Below, one piece after another: positions 25,099 through 54,652 of a stretch of DNA of 64,000 bases. The notes below the pieces were generated by a model. It was not told the origin of the DNA. It did not search any database and saw only the letters and a program-made list of their open reading frames with translations. Both the position numbers and the translations under genes were made by a program. Location of the stretch: assembly GCA_040954595.2 (NCBI GenBank), contig CM082576.2:5678760-5742759 (forward strand). The letters are read 5' to 3'. Position 1 is the first letter of the stretch; each line of letters opens with the position of its first letter. Origin of the DNA: Balanoglossus misakiensis. Taxonomy: Eukaryota > Animalia > Hemichordata.

Positions 25099-28000
25099 TC
25101 AGAGTTGGTCGGATGCCCTGAAAACTGTCAGCTGATTATAGAAATCCCCTTCGTTGTTTCCACCACCAAATACAATGATCTCTTGACTTTGCTGTGTGTT
25201 CTCCTTGTCGACACTGTCTGTACAGATCATGGTGTGTCCAGCCCTGGCTGTCACAGGCAGGGGGTGCCGCAATGAGCACCAAGTATTGGTGTCTGTGTGA
25301 AAGAAAAATACAATTCTGTCAGTGGGTAAAAACTTTTTTGAAAAAAAAAAAAGATATGGATCATTTCAGGTGAACAGCACTTACCTAGATGAAAGAGAAA
25401 CGAGTCCCCAAGAGCTTCATCTCCATTGTAACCTCCATGAATCAAAATTCTGTTGTTTGACAAACCAACAGCTGCATGCCAACTGCCATTTGTAGAGAAT
25501 CAATAACAGAAAAAGAATTACATCATATTGCAAAGTATCAAAAACTTTTGATCCAATATGTTGGTAATATTAAATAATTGTTAAGATCATTATCCCTGAG
25601 AAATGTTACCATGGAACGTTCAAAAGATAAGGTAAAATTTCAGCACTGTGTGACAGCCATAAGAATTGCTTACCTTCTTGGAGAGGGTGGCTTGCCAATG
25701 ATATCAGGTTTCACAAAATCCATTATACCTGTAAGATAGATGTTATGGCATATGAAGATTAAACAGAGTTTGATTGTCATCTCTAGCACATAGAACATCA
25801 TTTCATTTCATGACCTTTGATAATGAATGACTGTATCACTGTATTACTTACACAGATCCAAAACAAACAAATCTTGATAAGAAACGGGGGCATCCCATCC
25901 ACCAAAGATCACAAGTTTCTCTCCAAGCAATGTTGCTGAGTGTCTGGAAATTCAAAATATTTACAGAATAGAGAAATTTACTATTATATTTCATGTGTTC
26001 TAAAACTGACCTATCTATCTATCCATACAAATATATCCTTTTTTCTGTACTTTAATAGATAATACTACTTACCCTGATCTAGGAAGTGGTTTATCACCCA
26101 TCACAATTGGTTCATACCAACTTTCATTTGCTGTTATGATGCAGAACAAACACAAAATTATTACTGTGTGCATTTTTCCAAGGATGAAGAAAAGATGGCA
26201 TGCATGTCATTATTTTTTCCAACTGACCGACCAACAGACCGACCCAAAAGAATTACGATAAGAAACAAATAAAAGTCACCTGGGTTATATACATGAAGTT
26301 GATTACTGCAACCATCAGGTTGTGGGTCTGGATTTGGGAACACTCCACCAAAAATAAATAATTCATTCCGGTACAATGTGGTACTGTGATAAGCCCTGGT
26401 TGGTGCTTTACCATTAGCCTGGTAACAGGACATAAAAGAGACAAAGAAATTATTCAAGTTTATACATTAAGTACTGAACAATATTTCTTGTATAGTACAT
26501 GTAGTATGTTTTCAGAGTCGTTATTTTGGCAAGGATTGCCGAGACATTACCTGAACCAATGACCAGGTCCACGATTCAACATCTAGGACATGAATGTCGT
26601 TGTACCAGCGTAGGTTTTTAGAACCGCCAAACACATAGACACACTTGACCAGGGGATCATATGTTGCTGTGTGCCCCATCCGGAACTGAGGTTTGCTGCT
26701 GTCTTGGTTCAAAATTTTTGGCACTTGCCAACTTTTCTTGTCTGAGATAAAAAAATAAAGAAAGTGAACATATAAAATGAATGATGAAATTTATACATTG
26801 TACTTTCAGAAGAGTAAATTTGTGTTAATAGTATGATAGTTGATTTCTCATCCTGGAAAAGTTTTATCACACTCTGGTAAATTTTGGTCGCCACAAAGTG
26901 TGTGCTGGTACCAAAAGCGCTCTGCATCCCATCATGGCCTGATAGATTGTTTTACAAAAAAAATATCAAAAATCTGACCTGTCTGTAGAAGCCACACAGA
27001 GTCTTTACTCAGCTGCTGTTTGCCTCCTTGTCCACCAACCAGCAAAGCCTTGTCATCGCCGATCATACACAATGAATGTCCCCACCGTTCACTTGGAACT
27101 GAAATCAGAAATGACATGGTTAGATACCCTCAAGTTTGACCACAAGTAGGCATGGAAATTTAGTGTTAGAATTTACTCTTGAAGTAAACTGTCAACATTC
27201 TGTTCCAAAACAGTTATTATTTCCAATCTCACTTTACCTTTTGCGTCCTTTGTAGTTTTTGTCTGTGATGATGGATTCTGCTGTTGACTCCATTCCTCCT
27301 GCAACTTTCTTGATTTGCTCTTGGTCTTCTTGGAACTTGAAGTTGGAGTAGATTCGGGTGATGAAGAGCTGGGTTTCCTCTTCTTTTTGTTACTCCCTCT
27401 GGCAGACCGTGATTCTTCTTTCAATTTTTCCGTCTTTTGCAACAATAATACAAAGCGAGAACAAACGTTCAAAAGTTAGTTGGTATATTGCTCTTGTAAA
27501 AGCCTCTTCCTAATTGTGAATGGGTGATGAAATGTACGAGTGGAAATCACATCACTGGCTTCCATCACAAATTGTCATCACCAAGGTCATATGTTGTCAA
27601 TTCATTTACAAGTATTTATAATACTTTCCTCCAAAATACACACAACATCCTACCTTTGGTGTAACGAATGTATTGGATTGCTTTTCTTCAAGTTTTCTGT
27701 TCTTTGTGACCATGCTGTCTGGATGGCTTTGTTGTGACAGTGCATCTCTTTCAGATTCAAGTTCAAAGTCCAGTCCACTGTCAGTAATGGTGTGTTGGCC
27801 ATCCTCTATTCTGACCTGCAGTTTGGCCATCCTGCCTTGAACTTGCATGTGTAAACTCTTGGCAAAAAAGTCCTCCTCCCATTCTTCTTGCCAGCAAAAA
27901 GCTCTGCGGAAATAAATAGTGAAGGTATTGACAGTGGAACTGTAGTTTTCTGAATGACGCAACCTGACAGCTGCCACACTTGCAGTGTTTTTCTCAAAAT

Positions 28001-28642
28001 GTAAAAAAAGTTGTGTTGTATGTGTTCATGTTGTTCTGGGGAAGGAGAGCTTAAGCTCTCTGAAAGATGTTACACAACTGACACAGTGTACATTTTAATG
28101 TCTCCTATGATGTACTAACCTGTTCTGTTCAGAAAGAACACCAAGGTGAATAGGTTCTGTTTCGTCGTTCAATAGCACAGACACGGACAACCGACTGCCT
28201 GATTTGTATTTTTGCCAAGATCCCACTGCATAGCACACAACATGGTCTGGAAGTGGCAGGCAAAAACGGCAATGGAAACCATGGTTGTTTTCACTCCTTC
28301 AAGTGAAAGATATAAATACGAGTGAATATTTGCAGTGTGGTCATTACAACATTAGCAATAGCAAGTTTTATTCCCCGTTTCTAAAACACCACGATCCATT
28401 GACAACTGTCTATATATTACAGTATTTTATAACAAATGTAAACGTTTACGTCACAGCATGGAGCTACCACAGTGGTACTGGTAGCTCCATCTCCATGGTC
28501 ACAGCAAGTTCGTTTTGTTTTCGCCATCTCAGAAGTTACCGGGGTCGATGCTTGCAATTCTCACGCACCTGAACAACTCTTTCGGGCTTTCATAGTCCGA
28601 TAAAACAGCAAATAACCTCAATTCTTCGTCTCGATTTGCCAT
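25099..28642 (-). CDS. Kelch-repeat beta-propeller protein (RABEPK/KLHDC-like) with N-terminal domain and Lys/Ser-rich linker
   Basis: Spliced from MANRDEELRLF (28642). Kelch blades PSERWGHSLC..LVGG, PQFRMGHTATY..VFGG, PTRAYHSTT..IFGG, IHGGYNGDEAL and ARAGHTM..VFGGG. Stop at 25099-25101. Confidence 0.8.
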
Positions 28643-29654
28643 GTCTTCCTTTTCACTCTGTTGAGCGGGAAGTATTTGGCTTTTCAAGGCGTCGCAAACG
28701 CGCAACTTTACGCGCTTGAAAATGGCGCGCAAGTACCTCTAACTTCGTGATTATCTTTTCGAGCTTATGTGAACTGTAAACGAAAGATTGTAAGTATCCT
28801 TTTCTAGAGGGAGAAAAACTTACTGGTACTGTATATTCATAGGTTTAGATATACAAATTCTATATGTACTAGTATAATTAGATTTTTCTAACACTGTACT
28901 TGGAAAATCATCTTTAAATTCTATGCATCCAAGCAAAACCATTACTGTAACATTTGTGTAAAACAGTGATATTGTCACAAGTGATGTTTTCTTTTGATAT
29001 GAATAAGGTTATATTGAAGGTGAGGTAGTATTGTAAACACATTTGGCCCTGTCTTGACTAATCATACAACCAATCAATAGAAGCTAGGTCAGATTTTGTG
29101 ATTGCAATGAATGATACTTCAATGATGGGGACATCCTCTTCTCACTTGAACAGGGTATCAGGTCACAAGCTTGGAAATTCAATACGCAATACTTGGCTGT
29201 ATTTTGGCAGAGGCAAAGGAAAGGTAGACCAGTTTACCAGGGTACTAAACACAATGACAGTGTAAAAGTGAACAGTCTGACGACCACTTTTCTTCTTGTC
29301 TCATCGCACAGCTCTAATGGCAGGTTCAAAATTATCAATCAACCTGAATATATGTTGGGAAAAGAAATTGATTTCCATCTATTTAGAGAAAGTGTATCAT
29401 GTACACTGATATGACAGTTTATTGAAGGCTATGATTGATATGTGTTTGCTCTAAGCTGTGACGTGAGTTCGGCGTCCCCCTGGCGTCCATGTCCTTTCAG
29501 AAAAGGTCAAGCAGAGCGCCCTCTAAGAGGCTAGCCACGTTTGTGCATGTTTTGCAACTGACAACAAAGCAAGTACCGGCGGGACGGTCGACGAGTGCAG
29601 TGGCACTGCAGTAGCTTGAACAGTTTCACATAGAAACCACTGTGTCACCGGATC

Positions 29655-46577
<16,923 letters not shown>

Positions 46578-49434
46578 AAAAAATGTAAAGCTAGACATTC
46601 AGTGCTGTGTAAATGATTCTGCCCAACACCAACATCACTTATGTTTGTATTATACAATGTATATTGCTTCAGGAGGTCATACATTCTGTGTGGAAAAGTT
46701 TCATCAAGGTGATAGATGCTTTTGCTGCAAATGAGTATAGTGACGAGTGTAATGCCTTAAATTTGTCATTGCCATTGAACCAGTCTTTACAGAAGACTGC
46801 ATTTGAGTTTTCCTGTTTGCCATGAAAGAGGAGGCTACAGTGTACATGTCGGGTTTAATTTTACAGCAAACAAGTACAGATAGGTCTTTGATTAATGCCA
46901 TTTTAGATACACTGAGAAGTTGTCCAGTAGTGAGTTAAAATTTGTTGGGCTTATTATGACACTTTAAAAGTAGTTTGTAATTTTACTGTCACCTCTAATT
47001 AACATAAACCTTACTTGTCACGGCCTTGTGGTGGCGCCCTTCACAGCTACTGTCATGGTTGCAAATGTTGGTGAACTGCTATTTTAAAAATGCAGGATGG
47101 TTATTTTTTCTCTTTATTTGGGATTAACTTTTTGTAAATTACTAGGTAAAAGATTTATTTTTTCTTTATTTATCATTTATGCTTTGTAACACAAAACTTC
47201 TGTGAGAAGTATTTTGATAGCTGCAGACAATGACATAATAGTATGTCAAAATAAGTGAGAGTTTATGAAAATATTTGACTGAGATTCATTTAAGTTCATA
47301 TTTCCATAATTATTACAGAAATGTCGTGTAGTAATGATTGTTCATCTACATTCAGTATAGCGTAACATTCTGAAGGGTGCTAGATCAGGGTATTTAAGAC
47401 CATGCCTGCCTTTGAGCTGATATTTTCTAAACCTTAATTGGCCTTAAACGCCAGCTGACTTCCATTCACGACACCTTGCATCCCGGTCATTAAACATTTC
47501 TACAATCCTTTAATATGGCCATTCAGCCAACACGAACAATTAACCTCTTTGATTCAAGATCTTTCTCCCTCTCTCCTTACTGGCTATCTGGATGACAGTG
47601 CAACATTTTTTATAGTGCATGTCGATTTGCATCAACAGTATTCAGCAAACTATGCACAACTATACAGTTAGAGTATTTGTGATGGAAGTCACTCTGTCAT
47701 GCATACTGTTGCACTGCCATGCAGTATTGGACCAGGCATTTTACATCTCCAGATGAATTTACGGAGCTTTCGAAAGGTAATGATCAATCTTCTCCTTTGC
47801 TTGAATGATGAAAACAGCATTTACAACAAAGTCATCTTTTGTAAAAAAAAAAAAATATTATTTGTCAAATAAAAAAAACAACCAACCTTATGAATTGATT
47901 TAAAGCCTAATGCATTGAAGTAATGTGTTGCAATGTCTGCAGATGACCATTGCAATTGGAATGCTGTGTGATTCTATGCAATGTTGACCAAAGATACTGT
48001 ATACAGAGTTGCATTTGTGAGCCATGCTGGTCTAAGCAGGAGAAGACACTAGTACATGTACTTTTCTATACTCAGTACGATTTCATGTTCTTGTTTTTTT
48101 CTTTCCTTTTTGTAAAAAGTAAGGATCAAGGAGTTTTTACATGGTGAAGCAACTTACAGTCACAGTGTTTCATCGATCAAAACTTACAGAAGTCTCTGTA
48201 AATATGTAATTTTAAAATGTAGTCCATAGAACTTTGAGTACATGATGTGAATTGTTTTCAGTTTGTCACACTGCCAAGAATTTATTTTTACCCATTCCAA
48301 CCTACATACCTATATATCAGTTAATTGATGATCATGTACAATTGCATAGAGTTGTCTGTCTTCTGTATTCAAATTCATATGAAGTTGATCGACTTTCCCT
48401 GTATTTTTTTCACTCGACAACTCTTAGGAGCACTGTCAAATATTACTGTTTTTGTTTAATTACGGTATTATATGCTGCAATGATATTATTAATTTGAGGT
48501 GTTAATTAACTATTGGGTGAAATAATACAGGTAAATAAGTTAAAAACAACCCATGATTGTGGGACATGAAACTTGCGATATTAATATATAATTTCCTTAA
48601 TAAAAAACAGTAGATTGGGATACAGTATCTTTTACATGAATTGGCCAATGAACAAAACTAAAATAAAAGTATCTGTTTTTGAACAAATATTTCTGACTGA
48701 GGTGTCAAGACAAGTTTTGGTATGTAACAACCATTTTAACGTCATTTAATTGGTGAATGTTGGGACTTTACTATTGCGTGTTTATAGAACAGGGTCAAAC
48801 CTGTTTCACAAAACTTGAAACTGTTTGGCGCATTGCTGTGAATAGAAAAAGAATAATAAACTTTCTTTTCAGAAGTTATCTTTTGTAAATTAACAATTTA
48901 GCTTATTTTGTTTGGCTCCAAGAGTATTTGTGTTGATTTGCCTCTGAGTTACATTACAATTGGCTGTTGTAAATGTTATATTGCCTTAGTTTTTCTTGGA
49001 AGTAAAAATAAAATACTGAAGACTTTTCTACACAAGTGGTACCATGTGTTGTGATTTCAACTTTCCCAGTTGTAATTTGCAAAATATTTTTGACGTAAAT
49101 TTGAAAATTGATACATTGTCTGTAGACCCAGACATTTATACAGTTGTGATAAAAATGCAGACATGAGACAGGCAAAAAGTTATTTTGTGGCATGCACCTC
49201 TCGACAAAATGAGATAAAAGTGGGATTTTCCATTACTTTGGTTACAGAATATCACGATTGTTGGTTGCTATGGGGATTGCTTTGAAGTGACTGAGGGGGG
49301 GGGGGGGGGCATCATCATAAACGGTACTGGTGAAGGGGCTATGGTTCAACACAATCAGATTTATGTTTTACTCTTGAACGAGGACGAGGCACTAATTTCC
49401 CGTCGTTCCTCACTGTTTCCGGGAAGCTTTCAAC

Positions 49435-52400
49435 ATGGCGCGGCGTGTATTGACTGCGGAGGCAACCAATATTGAGTTTGAAACCAGCGAAGAAGTCGAT
49501 GTTACTCCTACTTTCGACAATATGGGGATCCGAGAGGATCTCCTTAGGGGTATATATGCGTATGGTAAGTAGCGATGAACGCACTTCGGATCACAGCCAC
49601 TGAAACACTCAGAAGAAAACGTCTGCCTGACGTTTTCACTTTTGCATGTGTGCATGTGGCCCTTGTGTAGCGTCTATTTCTGTAGTTTTAAACGAAGATT
49701 AGGATGCTTTAAGTTTCTGTAATGTTGCGCATATTACCGTTGAAGTTGGTACGTAACCTTTTCCTCGCGGATATGTATACGTAATGGAGAGGAAACTGCT
49801 AGCGTGCGTTTGCCCCCTCTCGAATCTTTTGTCACATTGGACTCTAGATGGCGCAAGTCACTGCTACATTTGTACATGCACTCCAAAACATCTCTACATG
49901 TATTTTACTGATTGCTGTTAGTGGTACAAGTAGTCTGTTAATGTCCCTTTGACTGCGGATATTTGTGGTCTTTAAGTTCCACAATACTTTCTACTAATAT
50001 TAATAAATTAATTTTGTACTTCACCAGGGTTTGAAAAGCCATCAGCCATTCAACAGAGAGCTATCAAACCAGTTGTAAAGGGAAGAGATGTCATCGCACA
50101 GTAAGTAAAATACTATATTGACATTTTTTTTCCACTTTTGTACTCGTCCCATCAACAAAGCCAACTAGAATTCCCCACCATTTCATGACATTATAAGAAA
50201 ACCATTTTGGTCGTCCAATGTTTTTGTTACTGTACAGAGCTCAGTCAGGAACTGGTAAGACAGCAACTTTTTCAATATCGATTCTCCAAATTCTGGACAC
50301 CCAAGTCAGAGAGACACAAGCACTTATCCTGTCACCAACAAGAGAATTGGCTGTACAGATACAAAAGGTAGGTAGTAAGCATTTGAAATTCTTTAGTAGA
50401 ATTAATGTTTTACTGACATACATGTCATTATGTTTCATCTAAAAGATCATAAAAGACTACATGCTGTGCTGTCCTTTTTACAACACATCTTGTACCAAAA
50501 ATTAATGTTCATGGCTGTCATCCTGTCTGTAGGTTATTTTAGCCCTGGGGGATTACATGAGTGTCCAGTGTCACGCCTGCATAGGTGGTACAAATGTTGG
50601 AGAGGATATCCGTAAACTGGACTATGGACAACACGTGGTATCAGGGACCCCCGGCAGAGTGTTTGGTATCCTTTCTTTTTTGCAGTAATGCTGTACACCT
50701 TTGGGTTGTGTGTGTCTGCGTATATATTCACAAATAATTTAAACATTATGTACATGTAATAACGGTGTGTAACTGTAAAGTGCTGTGGGGAAAAGTCAAC
50801 AGCTGGCAGTGACAACCTTGTGACCTGCACTTCCATTTCTGTTGGCTGCAACAAATTTCATATTTTTTGTACAGTAATTCTTTACACATTTGTACATGAT
50901 ACCTTAACACCAACTTCAGATATGATTCGCCGACGGAATCTTAGGACAAGGTCTATCAAATTGCTTGTTCTGGATGAAGCAGATGAAATGTTAAACAAAG
51001 GTAAGCCTTTCTTCACCTATGGGTGAGAAATTGAGAAACATCACCATATGAAATTGTAGCTCAGTTTAAGAATGTTCAGCCCTTTTCTTTGCAAGTGCAT
51101 AATGTTTGATCTGAGACTGAAATTGTAGTTTATAAGGAATGGACTAATGTCTGTCTGCGTATGAATGTTTCCACAGGTTTCAAGGAACAAATCTATGATG
51201 TTTATCGTTACTTACCGCCAGCAACACAAGTAGTCCTTTTCAGTGCCACATTGCCGCATGACATCCTTGAAATGACACACAAATTCATGACAGATCCCAT
51301 CCGAATCCTTGTCAAACGGTGAGTAACATGATATTGATAGCACACAATTGTTGTGAGTTCTCGTCCTGGAAGGTTTTGTGTATAAATTCATGGAATATTT
51401 AACTTATGTGAAGTCTTTGATGACAGGCTTGTAATGGTAACAGTGATAGGTGGTAATGTGGGATATTAAGCAGGATCTTTTGCTCATTTTGGATCTATTG
51501 GTAATGAAATTTGTGTTCTCCTATACAGTGATGAACTGACACTTGAAGGAATCAAACAATTCTTTGTTGCTGTGGAACGAGAAGAGTGGAAGTTCGACAC
51601 GTTATGTGACCTCTACGACACGCTCACCATCACCCAGGCTGTTATATTCTGCAATACAAAGAGAAAGGTAAGTCACTAGTGATGGCTTTGTTATTCCTTG
51701 CTATTAGCACTGAAATTGGTTTAATCACATTCTTGAGAATTTTGGTGTTTGCTCTTTTGATGCACGATGAAGTTCATTTCATGAAATGGTTCCGAAAGTG
51801 CATTGCGTTGGTTGGAGTAAATAGTGATAGAATTTACCTTCAACGTGCTCTCAGTTACTCTCATCGATCTTGCAAACAAATCTTTTCCCTTCTGGCCTGT
51901 ACAGGTTGACTGGCTGACAGAGAAGATGAGAGAGGCCAACTTCACAGTGTCCTCCATGCATGGTGATATGCCGCAGAAAGAAAGAGACACCATCATGAAA
52001 GAGTTCAGATCAGGGGCAAGGCAAGTAAAAAAGTTGAACTTGGCAAATCTCTGTGATGCAGAATTTCCTCTTGAATTCTACTTGGGTGTCTTTTATTTAT
52101 GTGTAGGTGACATTTTTTCGTCCTGATCACAATTACAGCCGAGTACTGATAACAACAGATGTGTGGGCAAGAGGTATCGATGTTCAGCAGGTGTCACTGG
52201 TTATCAACTATGACTTGCCCAACAATCGTGAGTTATACATCCACAGGTGGGTTATGTTCTTTCTTTACTTACTTAGTAAATGCCGCATGGTTTTGGAGAC
52301 TGATAGATACCAACTTTTTTGGCAGAAAACTATTTCTTTTATCTTTGCTGTATAGTGTATCTCTTTCTTGACTGAGGTTATGTGTATGTGGACTGCAATA

Positions 52401-52882
52401 ACTTGGAAATCACATTGTGAATGTATTTTGTTTGCAGAATTGGTCGTTCTGGACGTTACGGCCGCAAGGGTGTTGCCATCAATTTTGTGAAGAGTGATGA
52501 CATTCGTATCTTGAGAGATATTGAACAGTATTACAGCACACAGATTGATGAAATGCCAATGAATGGTAAGAAACAAGACAAATGTCTGAAATCTCGTGTA
52601 GTTATTCTTACAGTATACTTGTACAATATAAAAGGTCTTTGGCATTTTAAACAAAAGACTGACTTGTGTAACACAGTGCCAAACACAAGATGTGTAGTGT
52701 TCCAAAAAGACACTGGATGTCTCTGTTTGGTCACGTACCCTTTGATCTTATCCCATAGGCCAGGACTAACTGCTACACAATTACACCTCAGATTGTTACC
52801 GACTCACACAAAAATGCCACATTCTTTTATCGTGCACTAACAATCATATTTATCCTTTCTTGCAGTTGCTGATTTGATCTAA
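49435..52882 (+). CDS. EIF4A3: Eukaryotic initiation factor 4A-III (EJC core DEAD-box helicase), 11 coding exons
   Basis: [69 protein letters not shown] (W is characteristic of eIF4A3), [13 protein letters not shown], and EMPMNVADLI*. Confidence 0.97.
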
Positions 52883-54652
52883 ACAGAGACGATCAAGGCT
52901 AAGGAAGTTTTATTAAAACCAGTGTCCAGTGTCATGCACAGGGGACAATCTTCATGCTTCTCAAATACATCATTCACGAAAACATCAAAGCATTCTGACA
53001 TATAGCATCCATGTAAATAGTTCAAAAAATGGATGGAGAGACTGCAACAGTGGTTGTGAAAATCATTATATTTCCACGGAACACCAAATATTCGGAAGAA
53101 ATGGGAAGGAATCTCATGTTTCACATTTTTAAAAGCAAAATATGTGTTATTTTACACCTCTATAGAGGGGAACTTTTATGAAAATTCAGTGCACATACAT
53201 TTAATGAAGAAGACCTGTTCTATGTTGTTTCACTGTATGATACACTGATCAGCTGAAAGCCCTTGAGATAATCACACTCCCATTTTCTTTACCCAGTCCC
53301 ATATATGTAAACTTTACTGTGCTGTGCCATCAGTTGCTGCCATGTATTATCTATCCATCATTTTCTCAGTGATATTTGATAACTATTCTAAGACATTTTT
53401 GGACATATGTTTGTATCTAGTATATCTGTGGCAGGACAGTCTTGGAAAACAAACAAGGAAGACCACACTTGACATCCAATGTGTTCAAAGCCATTCATAG
53501 AGGATGGTGTCATGTGTGGCACCAGATTTCTTAGTCGCAGATATCAATGCAGTGTAGAAATTTCCCTTACAAAATCTAGTATTTGATTACTTGGACACAA
53601 AAATGCATATCTCTTTTGTCCATTCCTGTATTTTTAGAAGTTTTGTATGTATTATTCTGCAATAAAAAAATATTTGGGAATTTAATAGAAACTAGAGTTG
53701 GGCAAGACGTTTTCCATGTATTTTCCTGTGTTTGTGAGTTGCCTTTCTCTGTGTGCCAGTTGTTGTTACTCCATCATGAAATAATTTGTTGATATGGGCA
53801 GTATGGATTTTCTCCTGAAACCTCGTTTATTGATTGCTGCATTGTGATGTTCCAAGGATTAGTCCCAGGTTTGTCAGATAAATTAGAAAGTTGATCTTTT
53901 ATATGGCGTGCCCACTAGCTCTTTGAGTCTATGCTTGCATATTTATTTCAGATACTGCCTACTTATTTTTGCTTTATTGATGAACAATAAAGATCCTGCA
54001 AAACGCTTTTGTTAAGAATTCCAGTCTTTACCAAGCATGTGTAAATGTGGTTGATGAAAGATGGATGTAACCTTGTACAAATGTAGATAGGCTATCCATG
54101 TAATGGTGCCTGCAGTGAAAGAAAGAAGACAGCTCAAAACTTGCAATATTTCTTCTGGAGAACGAGGTTCCAAAAATAGAAAACTGGCAAAACACAGGGT
54201 AAATGCAAAACCTTTATTCTCAATTCTGCCATATTTAATTGAGTACAAAACATGAGTATAAGAACACAGTCACTATAGGAAATGTCCCAAGATACAAATT
54301 TGAACACGAACTACTGTTATTGAACTTTATTTGATCAATGTAATAATAGATTGGGAATCGAATATGTACAGAATGAATCCGAGTTCAGATTTCAAAACTT
54401 CTACCTGTATCTCATTTTGAATTATTCAACAGATGGACGGTAAAAAAACAGGAAACTGCAAGGTACTGGATAAGTACAATAAAATAATTTTTTTTTTAGA
54501 TGTCAAAACTTATTTTCATATTTACACACTTCCTCAACATTGGGGATTTTTCTTTCCAAAGGAAAGAAACGGTTCTACAAGCAATGGTGTCAAGATGCCT
54601 TTTTTGGTAAAATGGAGTCTCTTTTGCACGATCTATGTTTGTTTTTATTAGT

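Noticed and set aside
49565-51904. Intronic snoRNAs in eIF4A3 (C/D-like boxes in introns 1 and 7; hairpin plus ACA at ~50794-50835)
   Set aside because: Boxes are imperfect or badly spaced, and no rRNA guide is recognisable by eye. A snoscan or Infernal run would be needed.
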